NCBI GenBank assembly: GCA_030618465.1
Contig: JAUXDD010000003.1
Coordinates: forward strand, 1 to 35,186
Direction of reading: 5' to 3'
DNA length: 35,186 bases
Source of the DNA: Desulfobacteraceae bacterium
GTDB lineage: Bacteria; Desulfobacterota; Desulfobacteria; Desulfobacterales; SURF-7
The position numbers and the translations under genes were made by a program. Below, one piece after another: positions 8,813 through 19,203 of this stretch. How positions within the stretch are numbered: position 1 is the first letter of the stretch; each line of letters opens with the position of its first letter. The notes beneath the pieces are model-generated. The model was not told where the DNA came from. It ran no database searches and worked only from the letters and a program-made list of their open reading frames with translations.

Positions 8813-9511
8813 TCACCTTTCCTGAACTGATCGATGATTCCATTTGCCTCTCAGCGTAGGAGCGGCCACTGCTTTTTCAAGTTGATTTAAAAATAACTGC
8901 CGCGGGATTTCCTTTGCACCGAATCGAATTAAATGATCGGTTGTTACCTGGCAGTCAATTATTTTAAACGATAATTTTTTGAGAAATTCAACCAGCATTA
9001 CAAACGCCACTTTTGAGGCATTGCTTTTTCGTGTAAACATTGACTCCCCAAAAAAACATTTCCCCATGGAGACGCCGTACAAGCCGCCGGCAAGCTCACC
9101 TTCATACCATGCTTCAACTGAATGCGCATACCCTGATGCATGAAGTTTCCCGTAAGCCGTTATCATATCTTCGCCAATCCATGTTCCCTCACTATTGTCC
9201 AGCCGGGCTTCCGCACACGCGGAAATGACCTGCGCAAAAGCCGTGTCCATGGTCACATGGAATATGTTTTTACTGATTGTTTTTTTTAAACTTTTTGATA
9301 CGTTAATGTCCTCAGGATACAGGACAAGGCGGGGGTCCGGTGACCACCACAGAATTGGTCCACTATCAGAAAACCAGGGGAAAATGCCCATCTGATAAGC
9401 AAGCAGCAGGCGTTTTGCACTTAGATCACCACCTATCGCGAGCAAACCATCTCCCCCTGCATTTTCTGGAAGAGGAAACTCAATCCTGTCAGACAAGAAA
9501 TACACCGGCAT
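8813..9511 (-). CDS. aat: Leucyl/phenylalanyl-tRNA--protein transferase
   Basis: GLLAIGGDLS, AYQMGIFPWF, WWSPDPR, AHSVEAW, GGLYGV, FFGESMF, NASKVA, IDCQ. Confidence 0.96.
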   Translation of the reverse strand: MPVYFLSDRIEFPLPENAGGDGLLAIGGDLSAKRLLLAYQMGIFPWFSDSGPILWWSPDPRLVLYPEDINVSKSLKKTISKNIFHVTMDTAFAQVISACAEARLDNSEGTWIGEDMITAYGKLHASGYAHSVEAWYEGELAGGLYGVSMGKCFFGESMFTRKSNASKVAFVMLVEFLKKLSFKIIDCQVTTDHLIRFGAKEIPRQLFLNQLEKAVAAPTLRGKWNHRSVQER

Positions 9512-9548
9512 GTATGGTTACTGTTTGTGGTTGAAATACTTCACGACA

Positions 9549-11780
9549 TCAAAGCGATCTATAGTCAAAAGACAGGGAGTCATTTTCAAGATCTACCAGA
9601 ACACCGCCGCCTTTTTCAAGTTTTCCAAACAGGATCTCATCGGAAAGGATATCTTTGATTTCTGTCTGGATCAGTCTCTCAAGAGGGCGTGCGCCGAATC
9701 TGGGATCATACCCTTTTTTTGCCAGCCAGGCTCCTGCTGTTGAAGAATAGTCCATCGTCACTTTTTTTATTAAAAGTTGCTGTTTGAGTTCCGATAAGAA
9801 CTTATCCACAATTTTCCCCATGATTTCCGTTGTCAGGGAATGGAAGTTAATAATTCCATCCAGACGATTCCTGAATTCAGGGCTGAAGAAATTTTCGATC
9901 GCCTTTTTCCCCTTGCCTTCTGAGTCAAATGTGTCACTGCCGAATCCTATTGTCTGGGCGTTTATCTCTCTTGACCCTACATTTGACGTCATAATAATAA
10001 TAACATTTCTAAAGTCTGCTTTTTTCCCGCTATTATCCGTCAGGGTGGCATGATCGAGAACCTGAAGCAATATATTGTACAAATCAATATGGGCTTTTTC
10101 AATTTCGTCAAGCAGAAGAACGCTGTATGGATGTTTACGAATGCCGTCGGTTAAAAGGCCACCCTGGTCAAACCCGATGTATCCCGGAGGTGCACCAATC
10201 AGTCGGGCCACCGCATGTTTTTCCATATACTCACTCATATCAAACCGCATGAACTCAACGCCGAGCACATTCGCAAGCTGTTGTGCGACTTCTGTTTTTC
10301 CCACACCGGTAGGCCCGGTGAATAAAAACGATCCTATTGGTTTTTCAGGCTTTCCAAGTCCGGCACGGGACCGTTTGATTGAAGTAACAAGGGAATTGAT
10401 GGCATCGTCCTGGCCAAAAACAACTTCCATTAACTTGTCTCCCAGCACTTCCAGTTTTGCCCTGTCATTTGTTGATACGCTTCGCATGGGAATTTTGGCA
10501 ATTTTTGCCACGATTTTCTCAATATCCAGCGGATGTATCTTCTTCCTGTTTGATGCGCCCATGATCCTGACATAAGCGCCGGCTTCGTCAATAACATCAA
10601 TCGCCTTATCAGGAAGATAGCGGTCGTTGATATATTTTGCGGAAAGCTCTACAGCCGCCTTGATAGCCGCATCTGTGTATGTGATTTCGTGGTGTTCCTC
10701 ATAGTATGTCTTGAGGCCTTTAAGAATTTTAACTGTTTCATGGACCGGGGGTTCTGCGATTTCAATCTTTTCAAACCGGCGTGAAAATGCCCTGTCCTTC
10801 TCAAAATGGTTTCCAAACTCTTCATAGGTGGTTGACCCGATACATTTCAGCTCACCGGTCGCAAGCACCGGTTTTAAAATGTTGGATGCATCCATGGTTC
10901 CGCTGCTTGTAGCCCCGGCCCCGACAATGGTATGGATCTCATCAATAAACAGGATAGCGTTCTCTTTCTTTTTAAGTGATGCCAGGACCTTTTTCAAGCG
11001 CTCTTCAAAATCACCGCGGAATTTTGTGCCGGCCAATAGACCGCCCAGATCCAGTGAAAAAATCTGGGTGCCCTTGAGGATATCCGGCACGGCACCCGCA
11101 AAAACCTTCTGTGCCAGCCCTTCCGCCATAGCTGTCTTTCCAACGCCAGGTTCTCCAACAAACACCGGATTATGTTTACGCCTTCTGCAGAGTACCTGAA
11201 TGGTCCGCTCCATTTCAGCCTCACGACCGATCAGGGGATCCAGTTTTCCTTCAGCAGCCCTTTTTACAAGGTCTATGGTAAAAATTTCCAGAGAATCGAC
11301 TTTTTTCTTTTTCTGCGCCTTGTCAGTTTTTACCAGTTCATCAGGTTTTTCAGTAGAAATGCCGTGAGATATGAAATTTAATACATTCAGGCGGGCTATG
11401 CCTTCTTCACCGAGAAAATATGCGGCATTGGAGTCTTTTTCCTGGAAAATCGAAACCAGGATATCACCGATTGTAACTTCCTGTTTTTCAGCAGAACGTA
11501 CATGATTAACAGCGCGCTGAATAACCCGCTGGAAACCGATTGTCTGTTGAAGCACATATTCACCCCCTTCGGGTATACTTCCTACTTTCTCATCTAAAAA
11601 CTTTTCAAGGGATTCTTTTAATTTTTCAATATCGCCCCCGCAGTGTTCAATAATCTCTATCCCGGAATTATTATGAATAATTGCATAAAGAACATGTTCC
11701 AGGCACACATATTCATGTCGCCTCTTTTTTGCCTCCCTGACTGCAAAGCCTAATACTGCACTTAGTTCTTTACTGATCAT
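9549..11780 (-). CDS. clpA: ATP-dependent Clp protease ATP-binding subunit ClpA
   Basis: 743 aa, Clp N domain, two AAA+ modules (GEPGVGKT, GPTGVGKT), pore loops KFRGDFE and GYIG, ClpP-docking IGF loop, no middle coiled coil; follows clpS. Confidence 0.96.
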   Translation of the reverse strand: MISKELSAVLGFAVREAKKRRHEYVCLEHVLYAIIHNNSGIEIIEHCGGDIEKLKESLEKFLDEKVGSIPEGGEYVLQQTIGFQRVIQRAVNHVRSAEKQEVTIGDILVSIFQEKDSNAAYFLGEEGIARLNVLNFISHGISTEKPDELVKTDKAQKKKKVDSLEIFTIDLVKRAAEGKLDPLIGREAEMERTIQVLCRRRKHNPVFVGEPGVGKTAMAEGLAQKVFAGAVPDILKGTQIFSLDLGGLLAGTKFRGDFEERLKKVLASLKKKENAILFIDEIHTIVGAGATSSGTMDASNILKPVLATGELKCIGSTTYEEFGNHFEKDRAFSRRFEKIEIAEPPVHETVKILKGLKTYYEEHHEITYTDAAIKAAVELSAKYINDRYLPDKAIDVIDEAGAYVRIMGASNRKKIHPLDIEKIVAKIAKIPMRSVSTNDRAKLEVLGDKLMEVVFGQDDAINSLVTSIKRSRAGLGKPEKPIGSFLFTGPTGVGKTEVAQQLANVLGVEFMRFDMSEYMEKHAVARLIGAPPGYIGFDQGGLLTDGIRKHPYSVLLLDEIEKAHIDLYNILLQVLDHATLTDNSGKKADFRNVIIIMTSNVGSREINAQTIGFGSDTFDSEGKGKKAIENFFSPEFRNRLDGIINFHSLTTEIMGKIVDKFLSELKQQLLIKKVTMDYSSTAGAWLAKKGYDPRFGARPLERLIQTEIKDILSDEILFGKLEKGGGVLVDLENDSLSFDYRSL

Positions 11781-11784
11781 TTAC

Positions 11785-12099
11785 TTATTCCTTTTCAATA
11801 ATACATTTCAGGGGAAATCCGTTCTGTTCTGCTAAACTGTGAACGGTTTCCACTTTTGTTTCAGCCACTTCATACGTATATACACCACAAACGCCCGCTC
11901 CCCTTCTATGAACATCCAGCATAATCTGTGTAGCGGTCTCAGCTGACTTTCTAAAAACCATGATAAGGACTTCAACAACAAACTCCATCGTTGTATAATC
12001 ATCATTCATGAGCAGCACCTTATACATGTGCGGCTCCTTCAGTTTCTCCCTTACGCGGGAAATAATCTGCTCTTTTGTATCTGAATCATGAGAACTCAT
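11785..12099 (-). CDS. clpS: ATP-dependent Clp protease adaptor ClpS
   Basis: [31 protein letters not shown]. Confidence 0.96.
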   Translation of the reverse strand: MSSHDSDTKEQIISRVREKLKEPHMYKVLLMNDDYTTMEFVVEVLIMVFRKSAETATQIMLDVHRRGAGVCGVYTYEVAETKVETVHSLAEQNGFPLKCIIEKE

Positions 12100-12105
12100 T
12101 ATTAT

Positions 12106-14625
12106 TCAGGCACCGCAACATTTTTTATACTTCTTACCACTTCCGCAGGGGCAGGGTGCATTTCTGCCAACTTTTGCCTCTTTGCGCTTCACAGGTTTTT
12201 TTTCAGCAGGCTCACCATGTGAAAGAGTCATTTCCTGTTCCTCGGGCTGGCTCAACTCTTCCAGCTTTTCAGGTTCGGCAATCTGGATTCTATACAGAAG
12301 GCCAAGGGTTTCTTCCTTGACCCGTGAGATCATTTCGTGAAACATATCAAATCCTTCTTTTTTATATACAATCAAAGGATTCTGCTGGGCATACCCCCTC
12401 AAGCCAATTCCCTCTTTCAAATGATCCATGGAAAGGAGATGGTCCTTCCAGAGGTTGTCAACTGTCTGCAGAATAACAATTCGTTCCAGTTGTCTTAATT
12501 CCTCTTCTCCGATCAACGTTTCTTTCTCATGGTAAGTTTTCATGGCAGATTCGCAGATATACAGGGAAAGCCCTTCAACAGTCAGGCCATCCAGGGTGTC
12601 GTCATCAATTTTTATCTGAAAATTAAACTGTTTGAATGTGGCGTCCTTTAAACCCTTAATATCCCACTCCTCAGGAAGGGACCGTTCTTCTGCATATCTA
12701 TATGAAATATCTTCAGCTTTTTCACTGATCATATCCTCAATCGCAGGCTTTAAGTTCTCCCCTCTCAGGGCTTCACGACGCTGTTTGTAGATAACCTCTC
12801 TCTGCTGATTCATCACATCATCATATTCAATCAACTGCTTGCGGATATCAAAATTATGTCCCTCAACTTTTCGCTGAGCATTTTCAATAGCCCTGCTGAT
12901 CAGATTATGCTCAATGGGCTCCCCCTCCTCCATACCAAGCCTGTCCATAATACCGGTTATTCGTTCCCCACCGAAGATTCTCAGCAAATCATCATCCAGG
13001 GCCAGATAAAAACGGGATGAACCAGGGTCGCCCTGCCTGCCGGATCGCCCCCTCAGCTGATTATCAATGCGCCGGCTTTCATGCCTCTCCGTTCCCATGA
13101 TATGAAGTCCCCCAAGATCGGTAACCCCTTCCCCCAGAACAATATCCGTACCACGGCCGGCCATATTGGTTGAAATGGTGATCGCCCCTTTCTGGCCGGC
13201 ATTGGAGACAATTTCCGCCTCTTTTCGGTGATTTTTTGCATTCAGGACTTCATGTTTGATTCCTCTTTTTTTCAAATTCCTGCTTAAATCTTCTGAAACA
13301 TCTATTGAAATAGTACCCACCAGAACCGGCTGTCCTTTTTTGTGAAGCTCAATAATATCATCCATAACCGCTTCATATTTTTCTTTTTTGGTTTTATAAA
13401 TCACGTCCGGACAATCTTCTCTGATCATTGGTTGATTCGTGGGGACAACCAGAACATCAAGATCATAAATCTTCTTAAACTCGGCCGCTTCAGTATCTGC
13501 GGTACCGGTCATGCCGGCAAGCTTGTTGTACATTCTGAAATAATTCTGGAAGGTGATCGTCGCCAGTGTTTGATTCTCGTTTTCAATCTTAACGTTTTCC
13601 TTTGCTTCCAGTGCCTGGTGCAGGCCTTCACTGTAACGGCGCCCCGGCATCAATCGACCGGTAAACTCATCAACGATCAGAACCTCGCCGTTTTTAACAA
13701 TATAGTCCACATCACGCTTGAAAAGTGTATGTGCCTTCAGTGCCTGGTTCGTATGATGCAGAAATTCGATGCATTTTGGATCATACAGATTATCCACGGC
13801 CAGTTTCTTTTCTGTCTTTGCCACTCCCTCTTCTGTCAGCACTACAGCTTTGGCTTTCTCATCAATTGTAAAATCAACCTCCCTTACAAGGCTTGGAATA
13901 ATACTGTTTACCTGATAATAAAGGCTGGTTGATTTTTCAGCCGGACCGGAAATAATTAGTGGGGTTCTTGCCTCATCAATTAAAATGCTGTCCACCTCGT
14001 CAACAATTGCAAAATTGAGCTCGCCCTGGACAAGGGATTCTTTATAGAACTTCATATTCTCCCTTAAATAGTCAAAACCGAACTCATTATTTGTTCCATA
14101 AGTAATATCAGAACCATAGGCTTGCTTTCTCTCATCATCGTCAAGGCCGTGTATGATGCTGCCCACTGAAAGTCCCAGAAAACTATAAATCTGCCCCATC
14201 CACTCTGCATCACGGCTTGCCAGGTAATCGTTTACCGTAATCACATGGGCGCCTTTGCCGGACAGAGCATTTAAATAAACAGGGAGGGTAGAAACCAGCG
14301 TTTTACCTTCACCGGTTTTCATCTCAGCAATTTTCCCCTGATGAAGAACAATCCCCCCGATGATCTGGCTGTCAAAATGCCGCATCTGGAGTGTACGTAC
14401 AGAGGCTTCTCTGACAGTGGCAAATGTTTCAGGCAGTATATCGTCAAGAGATTCCCCCTTTTCAAGACGTTCTTTAAACCTTGCGGTCTGGCCCTTAAGC
14501 TGGGCGTCACTCATGGCTTGAATACTTTCTTCAAGGGCATTGACCTGCTCAACAACAGGCTTGAATTTTTTTAATTCTCTTTCGTTTTTGCTTCCAAAAA
14601 TTTTGGTCAAAAAATTCATAATCAT
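12106..14625 (-). CDS. secA: Preprotein translocase subunit SecA
   Basis: [57 protein letters not shown]-terminal SEC-C motif [19 protein letters not shown]. Start 14625 chosen on SD spacing (ORF track 14634). Confidence 0.97.
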   Translation of the reverse strand: MIMNFLTKIFGSKNERELKKFKPVVEQVNALEESIQAMSDAQLKGQTARFKERLEKGESLDDILPETFATVREASVRTLQMRHFDSQIIGGIVLHQGKIAEMKTGEGKTLVSTLPVYLNALSGKGAHVITVNDYLASRDAEWMGQIYSFLGLSVGSIIHGLDDDERKQAYGSDITYGTNNEFGFDYLRENMKFYKESLVQGELNFAIVDEVDSILIDEARTPLIISGPAEKSTSLYYQVNSIIPSLVREVDFTIDEKAKAVVLTEEGVAKTEKKLAVDNLYDPKCIEFLHHTNQALKAHTLFKRDVDYIVKNGEVLIVDEFTGRLMPGRRYSEGLHQALEAKENVKIENENQTLATITFQNYFRMYNKLAGMTGTADTEAAEFKKIYDLDVLVVPTNQPMIREDCPDVIYKTKKEKYEAVMDDIIELHKKGQPVLVGTISIDVSEDLSRNLKKRGIKHEVLNAKNHRKEAEIVSNAGQKGAITISTNMAGRGTDIVLGEGVTDLGGLHIMGTERHESRRIDNQLRGRSGRQGDPGSSRFYLALDDDLLRIFGGERITGIMDRLGMEEGEPIEHNLISRAIENAQRKVEGHNFDIRKQLIEYDDVMNQQREVIYKQRREALRGENLKPAIEDMISEKAEDISYRYAEERSLPEEWDIKGLKDATFKQFNFQIKIDDDTLDGLTVEGLSLYICESAMKTYHEKETLIGEEELRQLERIVILQTVDNLWKDHLLSMDHLKEGIGLRGYAQQNPLIVYKKEGFDMFHEMISRVKEETLGLLYRIQIAEPEKLEELSQPEEQEMTLSHGEPAEKKPVKRKEAKVGRNAPCPCGSGKKYKKCCGA

Positions 14626-14881
14626 ATGCAGCATCCCTCTTCGGCAAATTGTGCGTAATATTATAAGGATGTCAGTTTATTATTATTTGCACTGGAATTC
14701 AACAATAATTGTGAAGATTTTACTTTGGAGATTACCCTTTAAACACTATCGATATTTTATTTTAAAGAGATTTAAATGGTTTTAGAAGAATATGTGTATT
14801 TAAATGGGAGAAATTAAAAGTTTTAATACATACAAAACACTGCAGCGTTATGCGGATTAATTGTGAAACATGTGGAAATGT

Positions 14882-15811
14882 TTAATTGAGAATATATTTT
14901 TCAGGATTAACCGGAATGCCATTAAGACGAACCTCATAATGCACATGGGGACCGGTACTGCGGCCTGTATTTCCCACCTCACCGACGATTTCCCCTCTTT
15001 TTACAATATCACCCCGTTCTTTTAATGTTTTAGAGAGGTGACCGTATCGGGTAACCATTCCGTGGCCATGATCAAGCACAATAACTTTACCCAGCAGTCC
15101 CTTACGTCCGGCGTATGCCACAACACCATCTGCCGTGGCTTTCACCGGGACACCCTTTCTGGTTCCAATGTCCAGCCCGCCGTGAAATTCACGCCCCCCT
15201 GTAAAAGGAGATTTTCGGTATCCAAATCGTGATGTCACCCATCCGCCCTTGATTGGACGAATGGCAGGTGTTGAAGCCAGCAGGTTCCGCTTGTTTTCAA
15301 GATATTTCAGGAGATCGACAAAGCCCTCTTTTTGTTTTATTGATACCAGTTCAAGCTGATCGACCTGATCATGCATCTCACGCAGCAGGCTGTTGTGTTT
15401 TTCTGTGAGGGGAATTCCTGCATCAAGATCTTCCGGTATCGATCCGCCAACACCAAACAGGCTGTCCTGCTCAGATGTTTTCTCTATATTGGCAATAATA
15501 CGTATCTTTTCCTCAAAGCTGTTCAAATCGACTATTTTTGTCTTGAATGCATTAATTTCGTTCGCAAAAATTTTTATCTGTTTGCGCTGGTTTTCCAACT
15601 CATCGCACTGGCCCGAAATTGTATTTTCCAGGGTTTTCGTTTTTAAATGGGCATGTTTAAGGCTCACATAATCAAACATTATTAAGCTTATCACTACAAA
15701 AATCACTATAACAGGAATACTCAGAAGTGTTAACACAACTCTGGAAACAGTTAACTGTTTCATTTGAGCGCCTGTATTGCTTGCCACAAAAAATGTTATT
15801 TTTTTAGCCAT
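14882..15811 (-). CDS. M23-family peptidoglycan endopeptidase (N-terminal TM, coiled coil)
   Basis: Zn motifs HGGLD and STGPHVHYEV, YGHL; N-terminal membrane anchor; upstream of secA. Confidence 0.93.
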   Translation of the reverse strand: MAKKITFFVASNTGAQMKQLTVSRVVLTLLSIPVIVIFVVISLIMFDYVSLKHAHLKTKTLENTISGQCDELENQRKQIKIFANEINAFKTKIVDLNSFEEKIRIIANIEKTSEQDSLFGVGGSIPEDLDAGIPLTEKHNSLLREMHDQVDQLELVSIKQKEGFVDLLKYLENKRNLLASTPAIRPIKGGWVTSRFGYRKSPFTGGREFHGGLDIGTRKGVPVKATADGVVAYAGRKGLLGKVIVLDHGHGMVTRYGHLSKTLKERGDIVKRGEIVGEVGNTGRSTGPHVHYEVRLNGIPVNPEKYILN

Positions 15812-15899
15812 TTTTTTTAAAGTAACTTATTTTTTGTATAAATTTGTGACCTTATTTTTTATTTTGGGAACTGAAACTATTTAATAATATTTAACAAAC

Positions 15900-15929
15900 A
15901 CTATACCACAAACACATTTTGAATGTCAA
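15900..15929 (-). promoter_or_regulatory. Putative sigma70 promoter for the M23 peptidase gene
   Basis: Minus strand TTGACA (15929-15924), 18-nt spacer ending TGG, TATAGT (15905-15900). Confidence 0.6.
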
Positions 15930-16035
15930 GAGCAGCACATTCCGCAAACATTACTTCCTGGCAACGAGACCATTATTCCTCTTACTGCCTGTTTTTTTAT
16001 TACCATCATCATTAAGCCTGTGGAAACTCAGGAAT

Positions 16036-16061
16036 AATGGGAAACCCGCAGGTTCCCCATT
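16036..16061 (-). terminator. Hairpin downstream of folD (possible terminator)
   Basis: Minus strand AATGGGGAACC-TGCG-GGTTTCCCATT, 11-bp stem with one G-U pair; weak U tail. Confidence 0.45.
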
Positions 16062-16112
16062 GATAATATGGCTTTCAAGAATCCGTTTCTTCACATTCAG
16101 TTGTAAAATTGT

Positions 16113-17021
16113 TTAAATTCCCAGTTTAAACTTAAGTGATTTAAGTGTATTTTTCATCAGCATGGTAATGGTCATGGGCCCGACACCACCCGGAACAGGA
16201 GTAATTGACCCGGCAATCTCTTTGGCCGCATCAAAATCGACATCACCCTTTAATACGGCAACCATCTTGCCCGGATTTTTAACACTTGGTTTTTCCCCAA
16301 CCCTGTTTACACCAACATCAATGACACATGCTCCCGGTTTGATCCATTCCGGTTTTACAAGATCAGGTACGCCGGCGGCAACGATTAAAATATCCGCGCG
16401 CTTACAGTGTGCGGCCAGATCCCTGGTACCTGTATGAACAACCGTTACCGTAGAATTCGCCCCCACACCTTTCTGGAGCATCATATTCGCTATGGGTTTC
16501 CCAACAATATTGGACCTGCCCACAACAACAACCTCAGCGCCTTTTGTCTCAACACCGGCACGGACGATCATTTCCTGGATACCGGCAGGCGTACAGGGCG
16601 GGAATTTAACTTCATCACCGCCGATCATCAGACGTCCCACATTTACCGGATGGAATCCATCCACATCCTTATCCGGATCAATGGCGTTCAAAATCTTTTT
16701 TTCATTAATATGCTTGGGAAGCGGCAGCTGCACCAGTATGCCGTTAATTGAATCATCATTATTATACTTATCAATCAGGGCCAGCAGATCGTCTTCGGGA
16801 ATATCCACCGACTGGCTGTCCTGAACTTCCTTAAAGCCCACCCTGTGTGCGGTTTTAATCTTCAAGGTTACGTATGATATAGAGGCGGGACTTTCACCCA
16901 CAAGAATGGTTACCAGCCCGGGAATAACACCGTGTTTTTCCTTAATTTCCGCGACTTCGGCAGTAATCTCCTCGAGAATCTCTTCCCGAATCTCCGTTCC
17001 TTTAATAAGTTTTGCTGTCAT
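16113..17021 (-). CDS. folD: Bifunctional methylenetetrahydrofolate dehydrogenase/cyclohydrolase
   Basis: GILVQLPLP, KDVDGFHP, PCTPAG, GRSNIVGKP, VIDVGVN, ITPVPGGVGPMT; AGGAG SD. Confidence 0.97.
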   Translation of the reverse strand: MTAKLIKGTEIREEILEEITAEVAEIKEKHGVIPGLVTILVGESPASISYVTLKIKTAHRVGFKEVQDSQSVDIPEDDLLALIDKYNNDDSINGILVQLPLPKHINEKKILNAIDPDKDVDGFHPVNVGRLMIGGDEVKFPPCTPAGIQEMIVRAGVETKGAEVVVVGRSNIVGKPIANMMLQKGVGANSTVTVVHTGTRDLAAHCKRADILIVAAGVPDLVKPEWIKPGACVIDVGVNRVGEKPSVKNPGKMVAVLKGDVDFDAAKEIAGSITPVPGGVGPMTITMLMKNTLKSLKFKLGI

Positions 17022-17136
17022 TTGAAATCTCCTTTTTTATTGTTAATATTAATATTTTAAAAATTCGGATCTGCATTCTGATTGAAAAAAAATGATTTTT
17101 ACAAATAATTTTTTATTGTCAAGAAAGAATTTTTCG

Positions 17137-18429
17137 TTATTCAAAACTTCTTTTGTCCACCACCTGTTTTTTGGGATCAAAGGTTCCGGGTTCCACAAGT
17201 TTAATTTTCACTTCCCATCCCAGAAATCCTGAAATTGCCTTATGCAGGTCTTCAATAAACCGCCTTTGCTTTTTCATCTCATCAAAAAAAATCTTATCTG
17301 AAATTTCCACCTGAACCGTCAACTGATCCTGGCCATCTGCCTGTTCCACAACGAGTTGATAATTCGGAGCCTCTCCATTAATATCCGACAGAATCCGGCC
17401 GATATTTTCAGGCATGATGCTGGTGCCTTTCAAAACGATAATACCATCGCATCGTGAAAAAATTCTTGAAATCCTGCAGTGGGTTCTTCCGCATGCACAC
17501 GCTGAATAGTCAATCCTCGCCTTATCCCCGGTACGAAACCGGATCAATGGGAATGCCTCTTTCGTCAGGGTGGTTAAAACCAGTTCACCTTCAACGCCCG
17601 CCGGAAGAGGTTCCAGTGTAACAGGGTCAACAATTTCAGGTAAAAAATGATCTTCAGATATATGAAGCCCGTTTTTTCCGGAACATTCCCATGCAACCCC
17701 GGGACCGAACACCTCCGTTAGACTGTATGTATCGGTTGCGGTAATTCTGAGCTTTGACTCAATTTCAGCCCGGGTGTTTTCCCCCCATGGTTCAGAACCA
17801 AATACGCCGCATTTTAATGACAGGTCCATTGCGTCAATGCCTGACGCGTCCATGGAACGAACCACTTCAAGTGCAAAAGACGGTGTCGATACAAATATTG
17901 TTGCCCTGAAATCTCTCATGATTTTAATCTGGCTTTTCAACCTGCCCACGGACATGGGGATGGCCGATGCCCCCACCAGTTCTGTCCCCAGCTGCATCCC
18001 AAACGGACCGATTAGTTTTCCCGGAATCAAAGACACCTGGACAACATCTTCCCGGGCCACACCAACAGCTGTGAGATTTCGTGCAATCAGCTGCCCCCAG
18101 TTATTCAGGTCATTTACGGTAAACCCCATTACCAGGGGGTTGTCCAGGGTAAGTGCCGGTGCATGCAGCCTGACGATCTCCCTGAGGGGCACTGCAAACA
18201 TGCCGTAAGGATAATTTTCCCTGAGGTCCTGCCGGGTAATAAAAGGCAGTTTTTTAAATTCCTCAAGACTTTTCAAATCCTCCGGTATAAAATCAATCTC
18301 TCTGAATATTTTTTTGTAGTGTCTTACATTCTTGTAGACCCTGTTCAAAGTCGCCTGAAGCCTTTCCAGCTGAATCTGTTCGATTTCATCCCGAAGCATG
18401 CATTCATTTTTCTTGTCCCAGAATTCCAT
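17137..18429 (-). CDS. Phenylacetate-CoA ligase (PaaK)-family protein with degenerate adenylation motifs
   Basis: PaaK-like frame throughout (KLPF, ENYPYGMFAVPLREIVRLH, GSEPW, GPGVAWEC, GLHISEDHFLPEIVDP, GELVLTTLTKEAFPLIRFRTGD, CACGRT), but the P-loop reads HAPALTLDNP instead of HASSGTTGKP. Confidence 0.85.
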   Translation of the reverse strand: MEFWDKKNECMLRDEIEQIQLERLQATLNRVYKNVRHYKKIFREIDFIPEDLKSLEEFKKLPFITRQDLRENYPYGMFAVPLREIVRLHAPALTLDNPLVMGFTVNDLNNWGQLIARNLTAVGVAREDVVQVSLIPGKLIGPFGMQLGTELVGASAIPMSVGRLKSQIKIMRDFRATIFVSTPSFALEVVRSMDASGIDAMDLSLKCGVFGSEPWGENTRAEIESKLRITATDTYSLTEVFGPGVAWECSGKNGLHISEDHFLPEIVDPVTLEPLPAGVEGELVLTTLTKEAFPLIRFRTGDKARIDYSACACGRTHCRISRIFSRCDGIIVLKGTSIMPENIGRILSDINGEAPNYQLVVEQADGQDQLTVQVEISDKIFFDEMKKQRRFIEDLHKAISGFLGWEVKIKLVEPGTFDPKKQVVDKRSFE

Positions 18430-18452
18430 GGCAAATCCTCATTTATCAGTAT

Positions 18453-19193
18453 TTATTTCTCCCAGATTTCCCTTTGGTCCTTGCCCAGATATGCTCTTTT
18501 TACTTCCTGGTTCTTCATCAGGGCATTCGCCTCTTCTTCCAGAATTATTTTCCCGGTTTCCATCACATAGCCCCGATCAGCAATTTTCAGTGCTGCATTG
18601 GCATTCTGCTCAACCAGCAGTACCGTCAAATCGGAATCTTCCTTAAGTCTTGAAATGGTTTTAAAAATTTCTTTTACAATCAGTGGTGCAAGCCCCATGG
18701 AAGGCTCATCCAGAAGAAGCAACCGGGGTCTGCACATAAGTGCCATGGCAATAGCCAGCATCTGCTGTTCACCGCCGCTTAATGTACCGGCATACTGCTC
18801 CTGCCGTTCCTTTAATATGGGGAACAGGTCAAACATCTCATCAATGCCTGCTTTCATCTGTTTCTTCCCGTGCATTTTAAAGATTAAATTTCCTCCCAGC
18901 TCCAGATTTTCAAAAACAGTCATGGGACGGAAAATCTGCCGGCCTTCAGGAACCTGAGCAATGCCGAGCCGAACCAGTTTTTCAGCCCTGAGACCGGTAA
19001 TATCATTGCCTTCAAATTCAATCTTTCCTTCTTTTACACTGTGCAGGCCGCTTATTGAACGAAGTGTCGTGGTTTTTCCTGCTCCGTTTGCACCAATGAG
19101 CGTGACGGTCTCCCCCTTGTCCACATGCAGGGATACATTTTTCAGAACATGAACCAGGCCGTAATAACTGTTAACGTTCACAAGACGAAGCAT
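18453..19193 (-). CDS. livF: HAAT-family ABC transporter ATPase (LivF-like)
   Basis: GANGAGKTT, VPEGRQIF, LSGGEQQMLA, LLLDEPSMGLAP, VEQNA; probable start ATG 19193 (ORF track 19226). Confidence 0.93.
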   Translation of the reverse strand: MLRLVNVNSYYGLVHVLKNVSLHVDKGETVTLIGANGAGKTTTLRSISGLHSVKEGKIEFEGNDITGLRAEKLVRLGIAQVPEGRQIFRPMTVFENLELGGNLIFKMHGKKQMKAGIDEMFDLFPILKERQEQYAGTLSGGEQQMLAIAMALMCRPRLLLLDEPSMGLAPLIVKEIFKTISRLKEDSDLTVLLVEQNANAALKIADRGYVMETGKIILEEEANALMKNQEVKRAYLGKDQREIWEK

Positions 19194-19203
19194 ACTATTT
19201 ATT

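Noticed and set aside
18138-18170. Compensating frameshifts as the cause of the odd PaaK P-loop (a shifted frame reads TGTYPGQP)
   Set aside because: The in-frame segment has the canonical length and keeps H, A, T and P in register; the shifted frame does not restore SSGTTG; other distant motifs are also degenerate.
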